DNA of 64,000 nucleotides from Patescibacteria group bacterium (GCA_043820285.1 JBDRDX010000017.1:4510-68509), one strand, 5' to 3'; counted from the stretch's first letter, positions 17,547 through 27,773 are shown. Notes: generated by a model not told the origin, from the sequence alone. Numbers and translations: made by a program.

Positions 17547-19818
17547 TTTGTAATTGATTAATAAATGATTTTACCTTCCTCATATCAACTTTTCCATTAG
17601 TTTCAATCCCACCCGCGACATCGATACCGAGAGGAACAGTCTTTTCTATAATGTATTCAAGATTGTCATTCGTAACACCACCGGCAATCAGAAATGGAAA
17701 CTCCACACTTTTAAGCAGACTAAAATTGATAGACTCCCCGCTTCCGGGATTCTTTCCATCAAAAATAATATATGACACATATGGCAGAAACTCTTTCGCC
17801 TTTTCCAAATCTTTCTGAGTTTGCAAAGGAACGGTTTTGATAACAGGTCTAATGCACTCCTTTACAAAAGAAATATTCTCGTCACCGGAAAGCTGGATAT
17901 AGTCCAAATCGAGCTTCCCGGCAATCTCATTAACTTCGTCAACAGGTTGATTTTGGAAAACCCCAACTTTTTTCACTCTCTTCAAGTCTCTGCAAACAGT
18001 TTCGGCTTTCTCTAGCGCAACCCTCCTATTGCTCGTTGGAACAAAATTCAAGCCGATAAAATTCACCCCGATCTTTTCACAAAACTTCGCATCTTTTTGA
18101 GTACGAATTCCACAAGCTTTGAAAAGATAATGATGAGAAAGTTCACAAGTTTTCTGCGAAATATTTTTACTCTTCATCAAAACGGTCCCGACCAAAACCG
18201 CATTCACATTTTCAGGCAATTTCTGAATATCACTTCGAGAAGTAATGCCACTTTCCGAAATCACGAGGATGTCCTTTGGAACCTTTTTTGCAAGTCTATT
18301 TGTAACATCAAGGTCCACGGTAAAGTCATGCAAATTACGATTATTTACACCTATAATCTTCGCTGAAGTTTTAAGAACTTTCTCGAGCTCTTTCTCGTCG
18401 TGAACTTCACACACGGCTTCCATATTGAGACTGCGTGCAACCTTTAAAAAGGATTCAATCTGTTCCCGTGTCAAAATCGCGGCAATCAAAAGAACCGCGT
18501 CCGCACCGTACCTACGAGCTTCATAAATTTGAGATTCATCAATAATAAAATCCTTGCAAAGGATCGGTATGGACTTCGTATTCTCGCGCACCTCCGGCAA
18601 CATGCTCATATCGCCACCAAAATGGTCTTTTTCACAAACCACGGAAATCGCGGATGCGTATGAGTTTTCATAGATTTTTGCAATCTCGGATACGGGAAAA
18701 TTTTGGGACAAAATTTTCCCCTCACTCGGCGAAACTTTCTTTATCTCCGCAATCAAAGCCACCTTTTTCCTTTTCAAAGCTCCCGTAAAATCTCTATCCG
18801 ATTTTTTAAGCCCTTTCTTGTCACACTTTAAAGGCAAATATCTTTTTTTGCTTTCAACAATCTCTAAAAGAATATTCGGAGTATTTACTTTGGCTTTGTA
18901 GCTCTCCAACTTTTCATACGGAATCCCTTTTTGCACTAATTCCCGCGCCAATGCGTATCCTTCTTTCAAATCCTTTACCTTCCCACTCAACTTCAATGCC
19001 AACGCAACATTTACAAGGACAAGATCAACATGGCGACTGTTGCATTTCCCTTTTAAAATATCTAAAGCAATCCGCGTATTTATATCTTTGTCCCCACCCG
19101 CAATTTCGTAAAATTCGCATCTCTTAACCCCGAAATCTTCAGGATCAATCATGTAATTTTTAATCTCGCCGTTATCGAGCTCGCAAACAAAAGTTTTTCC
19201 GCAAAGCGTCACCTCGTCCAGCCCGTCCTCACCGCAAACTATATATACTTTTTTCCGTCCCAAAAGTCTGCAAGTCTCAGCGATCAACTGCATCCTATCT
19301 CGAAAAGCAGTGCCAATGATTTGCCTTTGAACATTTGCCGGATTTAACAGCGGTCCAAGAATATTAAAAAAAGTCGGTCTGCCAATATTTTTTCGCATCT
19401 CGGCAAAATGCTTCATCACAGAAAAATATTCAGGAGCAAACATAAACAAGAGCCCCTCATTTTCATAAATGTGGTGATAACTCTTAAAATTCACCCCCAA
19501 ACTATCAAGCAGATCAAAACTTCCGAACCTTCCGCCCGAAGCCCTGTTCCCGTGCTTTGCAATCTCAACGCCAAGCCCGGCAAGAATAAACGCGGAAATA
19601 GTAGACGTGTTGATCCTGGAAAGTCCGGAACCACCGGTCCCACAAACATCGACGGCATCCGGAAGATCAAATTTCCTTGGCATGTGAGATTTTAAGAACC
19701 TAACCGTTTCTGCCAACTCCTCAGCTGTGACGGATTGTTTTGACTCCAAAAAATCCAGCTGGTCGGAAAATTTCAGCTTACCATCTATACTTTTTTGAAG
19801 AAAATTAATTAATTCCAT
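17515..19818 (-). CDS. trpDCF: Trifunctional fusion: anthranilate phosphoribosyltransferase, indole-3-glycerol-phosphate synthase and PRA isomerase
   Basis: 767 aa single ORF. The TrpD part has DVCGTGGSG and KHGNRA. The TrpC part has IAEIKK.SPS and CKDFIID..QI.EAR..GADAVLLI. The TrpF part has KACGIR, IGLNF and QLSGDE. Confidence 0.85.
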   Translation of the reverse strand: MELINFLQKSIDGKLKFSDQLDFLESKQSVTAEELAETVRFLKSHMPRKFDLPDAVDVCGTGGSGLSRINTSTISAFILAGLGVEIAKHGNRASGGRFGSFDLLDSLGVNFKSYHHIYENEGLLFMFAPEYFSVMKHFAEMRKNIGRPTFFNILGPLLNPANVQRQIIGTAFRDRMQLIAETCRLLGRKKVYIVCGEDGLDEVTLCGKTFVCELDNGEIKNYMIDPEDFGVKRCEFYEIAGGDKDINTRIALDILKGKCNSRHVDLVLVNVALALKLSGKVKDLKEGYALARELVQKGIPYEKLESYKAKVNTPNILLEIVESKKRYLPLKCDKKGLKKSDRDFTGALKRKKVALIAEIKKVSPSEGKILSQNFPVSEIAKIYENSYASAISVVCEKDHFGGDMSMLPEVRENTKSIPILCKDFIIDESQIYEARRYGADAVLLIAAILTREQIESFLKVARSLNMEAVCEVHDEKELEKVLKTSAKIIGVNNRNLHDFTVDLDVTNRLAKKVPKDILVISESGITSRSDIQKLPENVNAVLVGTVLMKSKNISQKTCELSHHYLFKACGIRTQKDAKFCEKIGVNFIGLNFVPTSNRRVALEKAETVCRDLKRVKKVGVFQNQPVDEVNEIAGKLDLDYIQLSGDENISFVKECIRPVIKTVPLQTQKDLEKAKEFLPYVSYIIFDGKNPGSGESINFSLLKSVEFPFLIAGGVTNDNLEYIIEKTVPLGIDVAGGIETNGKVDMRKVKSFINQLQNEVVEKICFK

Positions 19819-20374
19819 TTACAAGATTTTTAATGATATTAAAACCGTTCTTTTTTTTGAGAGTCAGAACAGACTCCGGATGAAATTGAACTCCAATGAT
19901 CGGAAGTTCCTTATGTCGTACCGCCATAACAATGTCCCCACATTTAGCCAAAATCTCAAAACATTCAGGCATTTTGTCCGCGACTAACGAATGATATCTT
20001 CCAGCCATAAAGTTCTGCGAAAGTCCTTTGAAAATTCCTTTCCCATTATGATGAATTGGAGATGATTTTCCATGAACCGGAGTTATGAACTTTAGACTCC
20101 CACCAAAATATTCGATCAAAGCCTCATGTCCCAAACAAACTCCAAACATGGGATATTTATCGTGATACAGGTCAATAATCTTCATAAGATTCCCCGCATT
20201 CTTCGGCACAGACGGCCCGGGCGAAAGAACGACGAGATCCGGATCAATATCCAAAACTTTCTCGGGATCAATATCATTCCTGTAAACCGTAACATCGCAT
20301 TCAAGCTGCTCAAAATAATCAACCAAATTGAACGTAAAAGAATCAAAATTATCTATGACTAATATTTTTTTCAT
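19805..20374 (-). CDS. trpG: Anthranilate synthase component II (glutamine amidotransferase)
   Basis: 189 aa. It has the GVCLGHE nucleophile motif and VQFHPES. Confidence 0.85.
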   Translation of the reverse strand: MKKILVIDNFDSFTFNLVDYFEQLECDVTVYRNDIDPEKVLDIDPDLVVLSPGPSVPKNAGNLMKIIDLYHDKYPMFGVCLGHEALIEYFGGSLKFITPVHGKSSPIHHNGKGIFKGLSQNFMAGRYHSLVADKMPECFEILAKCGDIVMAVRHKELPIIGVQFHPESVLTLKKKNGFNIIKNLVNGIN

Positions 20375-21864
20375 GATGAGAATATGTTTAAAAATGCTTC
20401 CGCTTTACTCAAAGTTTCCTTGTACTCCTTTTTGGGAACAGAATCGTATAGCAAAGTAGCCCCGACCTGAAATCGAAGCTTGTCCCCTTTTATATGAGCC
20501 GTACGAATAATAATTCCTGTATCCATGTCACCGGAAAATGTAAGATACCCGACAGTTCCGCCATAGTACCCTCTTCTTTCCTTCTCATGCTTTTCAATAG
20601 TCTGCATCGCCGCGACTTTTGGAGCTCCGGTAAGAGTTCCCGCATTTAAACAAGCAATTAGAGCATCCAAAGCAGTGTACCCGTCCCTCAATTCACCGGA
20701 AACATGCGCGACCGTATGCATAACCCGCGAATACTTTTCCACAAAACGATAATCAGTAACAGAAAGCCCCGGTTTACACACACGACTCAAATCATTACGA
20801 CCCAAATCCACAAGCATATCAAGCTCAGCCTTTTCCTTTTCATCAGAAAGTAGCTTAAGCATATTCTCGTGATCCTCTATCGGATCATCCCCCCTCTGAA
20901 TAGTTCCGGAAATCGGTCTCAAATGAGCAACACCATGCTCCACTCGAACCATCATCTCAGGCGAAGCTCCAACCAACTGCTCATCATTGAAATCAAAATA
21001 AAACAAATACGGAGATGGATTTGTCTCCCGATATTTCAAATAAAGAGCAAACGGATCGCCATCAAACTTCGCCTTCAAGATATTGGAAAACACAACTTCA
21101 AAAAGTTCGCCTTTCTCAGCATAGTTTTTCGCAACCTCAACCATCTTTTCATATTCATCACCAGTCAGAGAAAACTCATCGTCAGAGATCCTATACGTAA
21201 CCTCACTAACCTCACCATTCTCAATCTGGTTCTTCAGAAACTTAATATCCTTCCCCGCAGCTTCCATGTTGTCCCTAAACAAAATTATCTCCGCCTTCTC
21301 CTTCAAATGATCAAAAAAGATAAAAGTGTCATACAAATACAGAGTAAAATCATTCACGTCATTTTCAGATAACCGACTCTCAATATCTTCAAAAAGTCGC
21401 ACAAAATCATATGAAAACGCCCCATACAAACCAAGTAAAGCCTTTTCATTGAGCTTAAACTTCGAAAGAAATATACGAATGATTTGTGCGATATTCTTTC
21501 GTTTTGATCTTGAAGACTCTTCCACAACATCACTTTCTTTTTCAATCCTTCCAAAAATCTTCCCCTCTTCCCGGGAAACGTCGTCACAAATGATAAGATC
21601 TTCAGGATCAAGCGCCTCTACATAATGAAGCCCCCGATCCTGCAAAGAAATTATTTCAAAAGAATCACCCTTCCCGGAAATTTTTAACACAGGATCAATT
21701 CCGATCAAACTTAAACGACCATAAATATGGGAAACATCTTTCGACTCCAACAAGAATTTCTCCTGATAATTCCCATAAATTCTCCCGAAAACCGTGTGAG
21801 CGGATTGATACGGAATTTCCTCCGTCCCCTCCAGTAAATGCTTATTGATTGTCTTATAATTCAT
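20371..21864 (-). CDS. trpE: Anthranilate synthase component I
   Basis: It has the chorismate-binding family motifs GAPK, RGYYGG and IRT. I chose the ATG at 21864 because the GTG-extended ORF (to 21927) would run through a terminator hairpin. Confidence 0.85.
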   Translation of the reverse strand: MNYKTINKHLLEGTEEIPYQSAHTVFGRIYGNYQEKFLLESKDVSHIYGRLSLIGIDPVLKISGKGDSFEIISLQDRGLHYVEALDPEDLIICDDVSREEGKIFGRIEKESDVVEESSRSKRKNIAQIIRIFLSKFKLNEKALLGLYGAFSYDFVRLFEDIESRLSENDVNDFTLYLYDTFIFFDHLKEKAEIILFRDNMEAAGKDIKFLKNQIENGEVSEVTYRISDDEFSLTGDEYEKMVEVAKNYAEKGELFEVVFSNILKAKFDGDPFALYLKYRETNPSPYLFYFDFNDEQLVGASPEMMVRVEHGVAHLRPISGTIQRGDDPIEDHENMLKLLSDEKEKAELDMLVDLGRNDLSRVCKPGLSVTDYRFVEKYSRVMHTVAHVSGELRDGYTALDALIACLNAGTLTGAPKVAAMQTIEKHEKERRGYYGGTVGYLTFSGDMDTGIIIRTAHIKGDKLRFQVGATLLYDSVPKKEYKETLSKAEAFLNIFSS

Positions 21865-21883
21865 ATTAAAAAATTTAGATAAT

Positions 21884-21910
21884 AAAAAAACCGCCCATTC
21901 CGGCGGTTTA
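21884..21910 (-). terminator. Intrinsic terminator-like hairpin about 20 nt upstream of the trpE ATG (possible attenuator)
   Basis: On the minus strand, aaaccgcc-ggaatg-ggcggttt is followed by a T-run. It lies between the YerC-like gene and trpE. Confidence 0.5.
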
Positions 21911-21985
21911 AATGCGAAAATTTTCACATACTAAAAACGCCGGATCATATGGTCTTCCCACCACCAATTCATAATGATCTGACGT

Positions 21986-22234
21986 TTATACATCTTTAAA
22001 ATGATTAAGTTTTAGTTCTATCGACCCACGCGTCACAGTAGCTATCCCCACTCCAAGTTTCTTTGCTATCTCCCTCTGCGAAACACCTTTTTTCAGCATC
22101 CTCACGATCTCCAACCTGGTCGGGATACTATCTAGCTCCGCAGGCGTAAGTATAGCCTTCAAAAAATCCTCCATTTGTTTTGGAGTTTTAATCCCGAGCA
22201 GATGCTCGACGAGTTGTTTTCTGAGCTTCAACAT
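21986..22234 (-). CDS. TrpR-related YerC/YecD-family DNA-binding protein
   Basis: 82 aa. LTPAELDSIPTRLEIVRML..GVSQREIAKKLGVGIATVTRGS is a helix-turn-helix typical of the YerC/YecD branch of the Trp-repressor family. Confidence 0.65.
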   Translation of the reverse strand: MLKLRKQLVEHLLGIKTPKQMEDFLKAILTPAELDSIPTRLEIVRMLKKGVSQREIAKKLGVGIATVTRGSIELKLNHFKDV

Positions 22235-22306
22235 AGTTAATAGTGTAATAGTACAATAGTACTGTATAGGCCGTGAGAAAAAATGTCAACACAAAATCAG
22301 CTACTT

Positions 22307-22384
22307 TGGTGGAGCTGGGGGGAATCGAACCCCCTGCCTCCGCGGTGCAAACGCGGCGCTCTAAGCCAAGTGAGCTACAGCCCC
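22307..22384 (-). tRNA. tRNA-Ala (anticodon UGC), CCA encoded
   Basis: The reverse complement GGGGCTGTAGCTCA...CGCGTTTGCACCGCG...CAGCTCCACCA folds as a cloverleaf. It has the G3:U70 identity pair and the anticodon loop TTTGCAC. Confidence 0.85.
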
Positions 22385-22599
22385 ACGGTAGTTTTATAAA
22401 AGGAAGTAAATTTTCAAGTTCACTTAACACTCAGAATGTAGCAGAGAAACTAGCTTTCTCTATTTGCCCCGCCGAGGCGGGGACTTTCAAGTGTCCTAAA
22501 GGACGACTTGTACAATCATGGCATATAAATAAATTTATAGCCTAATCCTCCCTAGAAAGGAGGTGATCCATCCGCAGGTTCTCCTACGGATACCTTGTT

Positions 22600-23407
22600 C
22601 ATGTGTTTCCCTATATCGCTATAAGGCATGGACTATATCTCCACCCTCTCATCAAAGATCTTATACTTTCTTGGATGCCAGGACGAAACTTTTCCAATGA
22701 AATTACTATGAGATTCTGTTTTAACATAGAATCTCCAATAATTTGGATCCACTGCTTTACTTGGATTATGAAGTTTCCCACATTTTATACCTGAATGACC
22801 AAGAATATTTCTTACCTTGATCATTTCTTCCATATTCTTTTGACAGAATTGAATGTAGAAACGATCTTTCAGTTTGTGAGAGATTCCTCCCTCTGAATCA
22901 AAATATCCTCTAACATAAGATATTTTTTCTTCATTGGTCTTCAGTTTCATTGGATCAAACTTCATATCCAGAAACGAAGCAGTAGTTTCAAGCACATACA
23001 CATCTCTATCTTTCCCTTCCCGGTAAATCCAGGACTTACAACCAATTCTTTTCAAAATCAATTGTAATTTTCTCAACCAATCGTTCCCTTTTTGAGAAAT
23101 ACGAAATGTTTTATGTAGCTTATTATAAGTTCCATCATGTAAAGCTCCAAGTAGATAAGCTTTGAGAGGGGCTCGGCGCGTAGTCTCTGAGGGGTCATAA
23201 CCCCGCCACGGCGGGGTCAGCGGACTTCCCTGCTGATTGTCTGCACTCATACATTTTCACTGTTTAATAATTGTCCAGCATTATATCACAACGACATTAA
23301 ATTTTTCTGAACGATTTTTAAACTAGTAGTATGAGATACTCAGGGTTTCCAGCATATAGCCAAGTTTTTCTCAAAAGATTACTCTTTAGAGGTCGCAACA
23401 ATAGTTT
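22600..23407 (-). mobile_element. Group I intron in 16S after the E. coli U1498 equivalent
   Basis: The 5' exon ends in U and the intron ends in G. The core elements are P TATGCTGGAAA (about 23346-23357), Q AATCAGCAGG (23229-23238), R TCAGAGACTACGC (23178-23192) and S GAGATATAGTCC (22630-22642). Confidence 0.8.
22633..23250 (-). CDS. LAGLIDADG-type homing endonuclease, two degenerate motifs
   Basis: 205 aa with YLLGALHDGT and YVRGYFDSEGG. It starts MSADNQQ, encoded across the Q element, and stops at the TAG inside the S element. Confidence 0.75.
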   Translation of the reverse strand: MSADNQQGSPLTPPWRGYDPSETTRRAPLKAYLLGALHDGTYNKLHKTFRISQKGNDWLRKLQLILKRIGCKSWIYREGKDRDVYVLETTASFLDMKFDPMKLKTNEEKISYVRGYFDSEGGISHKLKDRFYIQFCQKNMEEMIKVRNILGHSGIKCGKLHNPSKAVDPNYWRFYVKTESHSNFIGKVSSWHPRKYKIFDERVEI

Positions 23408-23811
23408 ACGACTTAGTCCCAATCAATAGTTTCACCTTAGGCCCGCTCCCGAAGGATAACGGAATTTCGGGCGCCCCTATCTTTCGTGACTTGACGGGCG
23501 GTGAGTACAAGCCTCAGGAACATATTCACCGCGTCATTGCTGATACGCGGTTACTAGCGATTCCGACTTCATGAGGGCGAGTTTCAGCCCTCAATCCGAA
23601 CTTGGACTGGTTTTAAGGATTAGCTCCGGATTGCTCCATTGCGACCCTCTGTACCAGCCATTGTAGCACCTGTGTAGCCCAAGACATAAGGGCCATGCTG
23701 ATTTGACGTCATCCTTACCTTCCTCCCTGTTGGCCAGGGCAGTCTCCTATGAAAAATACAACATAGGACAAGGGTTGCGCTCGTTGACGGACTTAACCGA
23801 ACACCTCAAGG

Positions 23812-23842
<31 letters not shown>

Positions 23843-24080
23843 CACTGGATTCCAAAAGGCACTCCCCTGTTTCCAAGGGATTTCCAGGATGTCAAGTCTT
23901 GGTGAGGTTCCTCGCTCATTATCGAATTAAACCAGGTGCTCCACCGCTTGTGTGAGGCCCCGTCTATTTCTTTGAGTTTTAACCTTGCGGCCGGACTCCC
24001 CAGGCGGGACACTTAATGCGTTAGCTTCGGCACTGATCCGATCGTACAGACCAACACCTAGTGTCCATAGTTTAGGGCGT

Positions 24081-24114
<34 letters not shown>

Positions 24115-24333
24115 ACGCTTTCGTCCATAAGTGTCAGAAATTGCCCAGTAAGATGCCTTCGCTTTTGGTGTTCCTCTGTATATCTACGGATTTTACCCCT
24201 ACATACAGAATTCCACTTACCTCTGCAATTCTCTAGTTCATCAGTTTCGGATACTGTTTACGGGTTGAGCCCGTATATTTAACATCCGACTTAATAAACC
24301 ACCTGCGGACGCTTTACGCCCAATGATTCCGGA

Positions 24334-24389
<56 letters not shown>

Positions 24390-24464
24390 ATTCCTAAAGT
24401 ACTGTCAGAATTCATCCCTCAGAAAAGATCTTTACACCCTTACGAGCTTCATCGATCACGCGGA

Positions 24465-24496
<32 letters not shown>

Positions 24497-25207
24497 GATT
24501 CCCTACTGCTGCCTCCCGTAGGAGTATGGGCCGTGTCTCAGTCCCATTGTGGCTGGTCATCCTCTCAGACCAGCTACCCGTCATAGCCTTGGTAAGCCAT
24601 TACCTCACCAACAAGCTGATAGGACGCAGGTTCCTCCCGAACCGCAAAAGCTTTACCCTTGCGGGACCATCCGGTATTAGCACACCTTTCGGTATGTTAT
24701 CCCTGAGTTCGGGGCAGATACCAACGTGTTACGCACCCGTTCGCCACTGCCTAAAAGGCCGTTCGACTTGCATGTATTAGACACTCCGCCAGCGTTAATC
24801 CTGAGCCAGAATCAAACTCTTCATAAAAAAAGAAAAAAACGAGAAACTCACTTTTGCGACAGAACAAACTGTCACTAGTGAGTAAAAGTTCTATCGGTTT
24901 GTGGCTCATCATTCACACTCTTGGCCATGGACTCGCGCTTAACACGCTCGTTTCATGTTCAAGGCGTTCATCGACTCGCCACTAATCGCTAGATTCTCTA
25001 CTACATCCTAAATGTTAAGGAACATATATAACTTAAGACACAATCAGTTTTACAGATTGCAGAGGGATTTTACGCAATTAAATCTGAACTGTCAAACACT
25101 TTTTCTTTAGATATAAAGCCTAAAACAAATACGTCAAGCCCATAAACCTTAAAATAACCAAGGAAATATGGTAAAATTACTCCGATAAAAATTAACAAAA
25201 TACAAAA

Positions 25208-25822
25208 ATGCCAAAAAAGGACGAAACAAGACCACACTCAAACATTCTGATCCCTACGGTCATCGAGAGATCTCACGAGGGTGAACGCGCGTATGACATC
25301 TACTCTCGCCTACTGAAGGACAGAATCATTTTTCTAGGAAGCGAAATAAACGATGCTGTTGCAAACAACATTATTGCTCAGATGCTTTTTCTTGAGAACG
25401 AAAATCCAAAGAAAGACATTACTCTGTACATTCATAGCCCCGGAGGACATGTTACAGCCGGACTCGCAATCTACGACACAATGCAGTACATCCAACCGGA
25501 TGTAGCAACCATTTGTGTAGGACTTGCGGCTTCTATGGGAGCAATACTTCTCGCAAGTGGAGCTAAAGGGAAAAGATTCGCTCTTCCAAACGCAGAAATT
25601 ATGATCCATCAGCCACTCGGCGGAACTGAGGGACAAGCAACAGATATCAGAATTCATGCGGATCACATCATAAAGACAAAGGACAGACTAAACGAACTTC
25701 TAGCAAAACATACCGGACAACCTCTGAAAACTCTGGAAAAAGACACAGATCGTGATAATTTCATGTCCGCTGAGGAAGCAAAGAAGTACGGACTGATCGA
25801 CAAGATCGTAACAAAGCGCTAA
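25208..25822 (+). CDS. clpP: ATP-dependent Clp protease proteolytic subunit
   Basis: 204 aa. It has [14 protein letters not shown] (catalytic Ser) and MIHQPLGG (His). Confidence 0.9.
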   Translation: MPKKDETRPHSNILIPTVIERSHEGERAYDIYSRLLKDRIIFLGSEINDAVANNIIAQMLFLENENPKKDITLYIHSPGGHVTAGLAIYDTMQYIQPDVATICVGLAASMGAILLASGAKGKRFALPNAEIMIHQPLGGTEGQATDIRIHADHIIKTKDRLNELLAKHTGQPLKTLEKDTDRDNFMSAEEAKKYGLIDKIVTKR

Positions 25823-26751
25823 TATTCGACTTTGCTTTTCTTGAGCCTAGCCTTTTCAACAGCGTATTTGATTACGGCCGATGAAACATTTACACCGGTA
25901 GTTTCCGTTATACTCTCAAGCCCTGGATTACAATTGACCTCCATCACGACCGCTCCACCTTTCTTTTCAAGAAGATCAACACCGGCAACATCAAGTTTTA
26001 AAGCTTTCACAGCCCTCAGAGCCAATTTCTTTTCGTAATTAGTTAATTTCACGGGCGCACCAGTCCCTCCTCTGTGAATATTTGATCTAAACTCCCCCTC
26101 CTTGGCCTTTCTTTCCATTGAGGCAATAATCTTTCCACCAACGACAAAGACACGAATATCTTTACCCTCGGACTCCTTTATATACTCCTGCATCATAATG
26201 ATGTCATTTCCAAGCCGTGACCAAAAAACATCCAGAGCGGAAATGAGAGACCTCCTACTTTCCACAATGGCAACCCCAACGCCAAGTGATCCGAAAGAAG
26301 TCTTTAAGATTACGGGGAGCGTGCCAATTTTCTTTAAAGCCGTATCAAGATATTCAAGCTTATTAACAACCACCGTCTTTGGGATGGGAATCCCGTTGTA
26401 TGAGAGAATCTGCATGGTGCGAAGCTTGTCCTTCGCACGTGAAATTGGAAGAAATGAATTCACAACCGGGATTCCCATCATCTGAATCTGCTTCACAATA
26501 GAGATCTTAATAAGATTCGACATCCTAATTCCAATGCGTGGAATAACAATGTCAACATCAGGAAACTTCTTACCTTGATACAAAACCCTGGGACCCATTT
26601 GATCCCAAACCATCTGGCACCTGTCAAATCTGATAATAGAAACCCTGTATCCCTGTTTTTTTGCTTCATCTCTCAACATCCTTGCATAGTCCGGTATCCT
26701 GCGATCTCTCGTAGAAGAACTGGGAGTAAGAATAAGTATTCCAATATGCAT
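25819..26751 (-). CDS. rimK: RimK-family ATP-grasp alpha-L-glutamate ligase
   Basis: ATP-grasp pattern: [35 protein letters not shown] and VAGVDLL...VMEVN. The first ATG is at 26751, whereas the track starts at a TTG at 26775. Confidence 0.75.
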   Translation of the reverse strand: MHIGILILTPSSSTRDRRIPDYARMLRDEAKKQGYRVSIIRFDRCQMVWDQMGPRVLYQGKKFPDVDIVIPRIGIRMSNLIKISIVKQIQMMGIPVVNSFLPISRAKDKLRTMQILSYNGIPIPKTVVVNKLEYLDTALKKIGTLPVILKTSFGSLGVGVAIVESRRSLISALDVFWSRLGNDIIMMQEYIKESEGKDIRVFVVGGKIIASMERKAKEGEFRSNIHRGGTGAPVKLTNYEKKLALRAVKALKLDVAGVDLLEKKGGAVVMEVNCNPGLESITETTGVNVSSAVIKYAVEKARLKKSKVEY

Positions 26752-26865
26752 AATAATAAAATTAAAACGTCCCAATTCTATTCAAAACACGGAATAAAGC
26801 AAGAAGTTTTGACCAAGGAAAATTTTAGGGTATGATTTCAACGAAATTAATTAAAGAAATTCAAA

Positions 26866-27462
26866 ATGAAAAAACTACTAATCATTCCATTGATTGCATC
26901 GCTATTCTTTTTGTCAGGATGCTTTGGCGGAGACGAAACAGACGAAAACACAGAAACTCCCGTAGACGAGCCGCGCATCGAAAGCAACAATAATTTTGAC
27001 GGCGGCGAATTTACACTAAACATCCCCGAAGAGTGGGAAATTATTGAAAAGAAAGACTTCACATCAGACATTCCAAATGGCACCGAAATAGTAATCAAAA
27101 ACAACATCAAAAACCCGCTATTCACAGCAAATGCAAACGTAACAAAAAATTCACTCACAAGCATAGTAAGTTCAAAGGATTACGCATTGCAAGCGGCAAG
27201 CAACCTCAAAACAAGCCTTTTGAACTTCCGAGAAATGAACAGGGAGGACGTAAAAGTGTTGGTTGATGGAAGAGAAGTCGACACCCTTTATATGGCCTTT
27301 GAGGGTAAACAGGACCAATACGGAAATCCTGTGCAATTTCTACAAACATATGCAGTAAAAGGACATTTCGGATACATAGTTACAGGGGCATTCGCCCCCA
27401 GCGAGGAAGAATTAGTTGTTAAAAAAGTGGATGATATAGTAAGATCCCTTGAGGTGAAGTAG
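26866..27462 (+). CDS. Hypothetical lipoprotein
   Basis: 198 aa with a signal peptide and lipobox-like FLSGC. Confidence 0.55.
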   Translation: MKKLLIIPLIASLFFLSGCFGGDETDENTETPVDEPRIESNNNFDGGEFTLNIPEEWEIIEKKDFTSDIPNGTEIVIKNNIKNPLFTANANVTKNSLTSIVSSKDYALQAASNLKTSLLNFREMNREDVKVLVDGREVDTLYMAFEGKQDQYGNPVQFLQTYAVKGHFGYIVTGAFAPSEEELVVKKVDDIVRSLEVK

Positions 27463-27476
27463 CCACTAAAAAACAC

Positions 27477-27553
27477 GGCCACGTAGCCAAGCGGCCTAAG
27501 GCAGCGGTTTGCAAAACCGCGATTCACCAGTTCGAATCTGGTCGTGGCCTCCA
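27477..27553 (+). tRNA. tRNA-Cys (anticodon GCA), CCA encoded
   Basis: Cloverleaf GGCCACG...GCGGTTTGCAAAACCGC...CGTGGCCTCCA with discriminator U73. Confidence 0.8.
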
Positions 27554-27564
27554 GAAAAAAGGTA

Positions 27565-27597
27565 TAAAAAAACCACCCCATCTCTGGGGTGGTTTTT
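27565..27597. terminator. Bidirectional intrinsic terminator between convergent tRNA-Cys and tRNA-Leu
   Basis: aaaaaaccacccca-tctc-tggggtggttttt, a perfect stem flanked by an A-run and a T-run. Confidence 0.5.
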
Positions 27598-27610
27598 AGT
27601 AAATTCGCTA

Positions 27611-27697
27611 TGGTGCCCGGGGTGGGACTTGAACCCACACTCTGCAAGCAGAACGAGATTTTAAGTCTCGCGTGTATACCGATTTCACCACCCGGGC
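27611..27697 (-). tRNA. tRNA-Leu (anticodon UAA), long variable arm, CCA encoded
   Basis: The reverse complement GCCCGGGTGGTGAAATCGGTATACACGCGAGACTTAAAATCTCG... has a long variable arm and a TTCAAGT T-loop. Confidence 0.8.
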
Positions 27698-27773
27698 ACA
27701 TTTACAGGTGAAATATTAACACAGTACACGCAATTCTTTCAACAAATCTGTGTTACATGGCTGGAAATGAAAT

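Noticed and set aside
22188-22545. ORFs 22188-22430 (-), 22273-22545 (+) and 27288-27701 (-).
   Set aside because: They run through tRNA-Ala(UGC), the 16S-tRNA spacer, or tRNA-Cys and tRNA-Leu. The tRNA cloverleaves explain the sequence.
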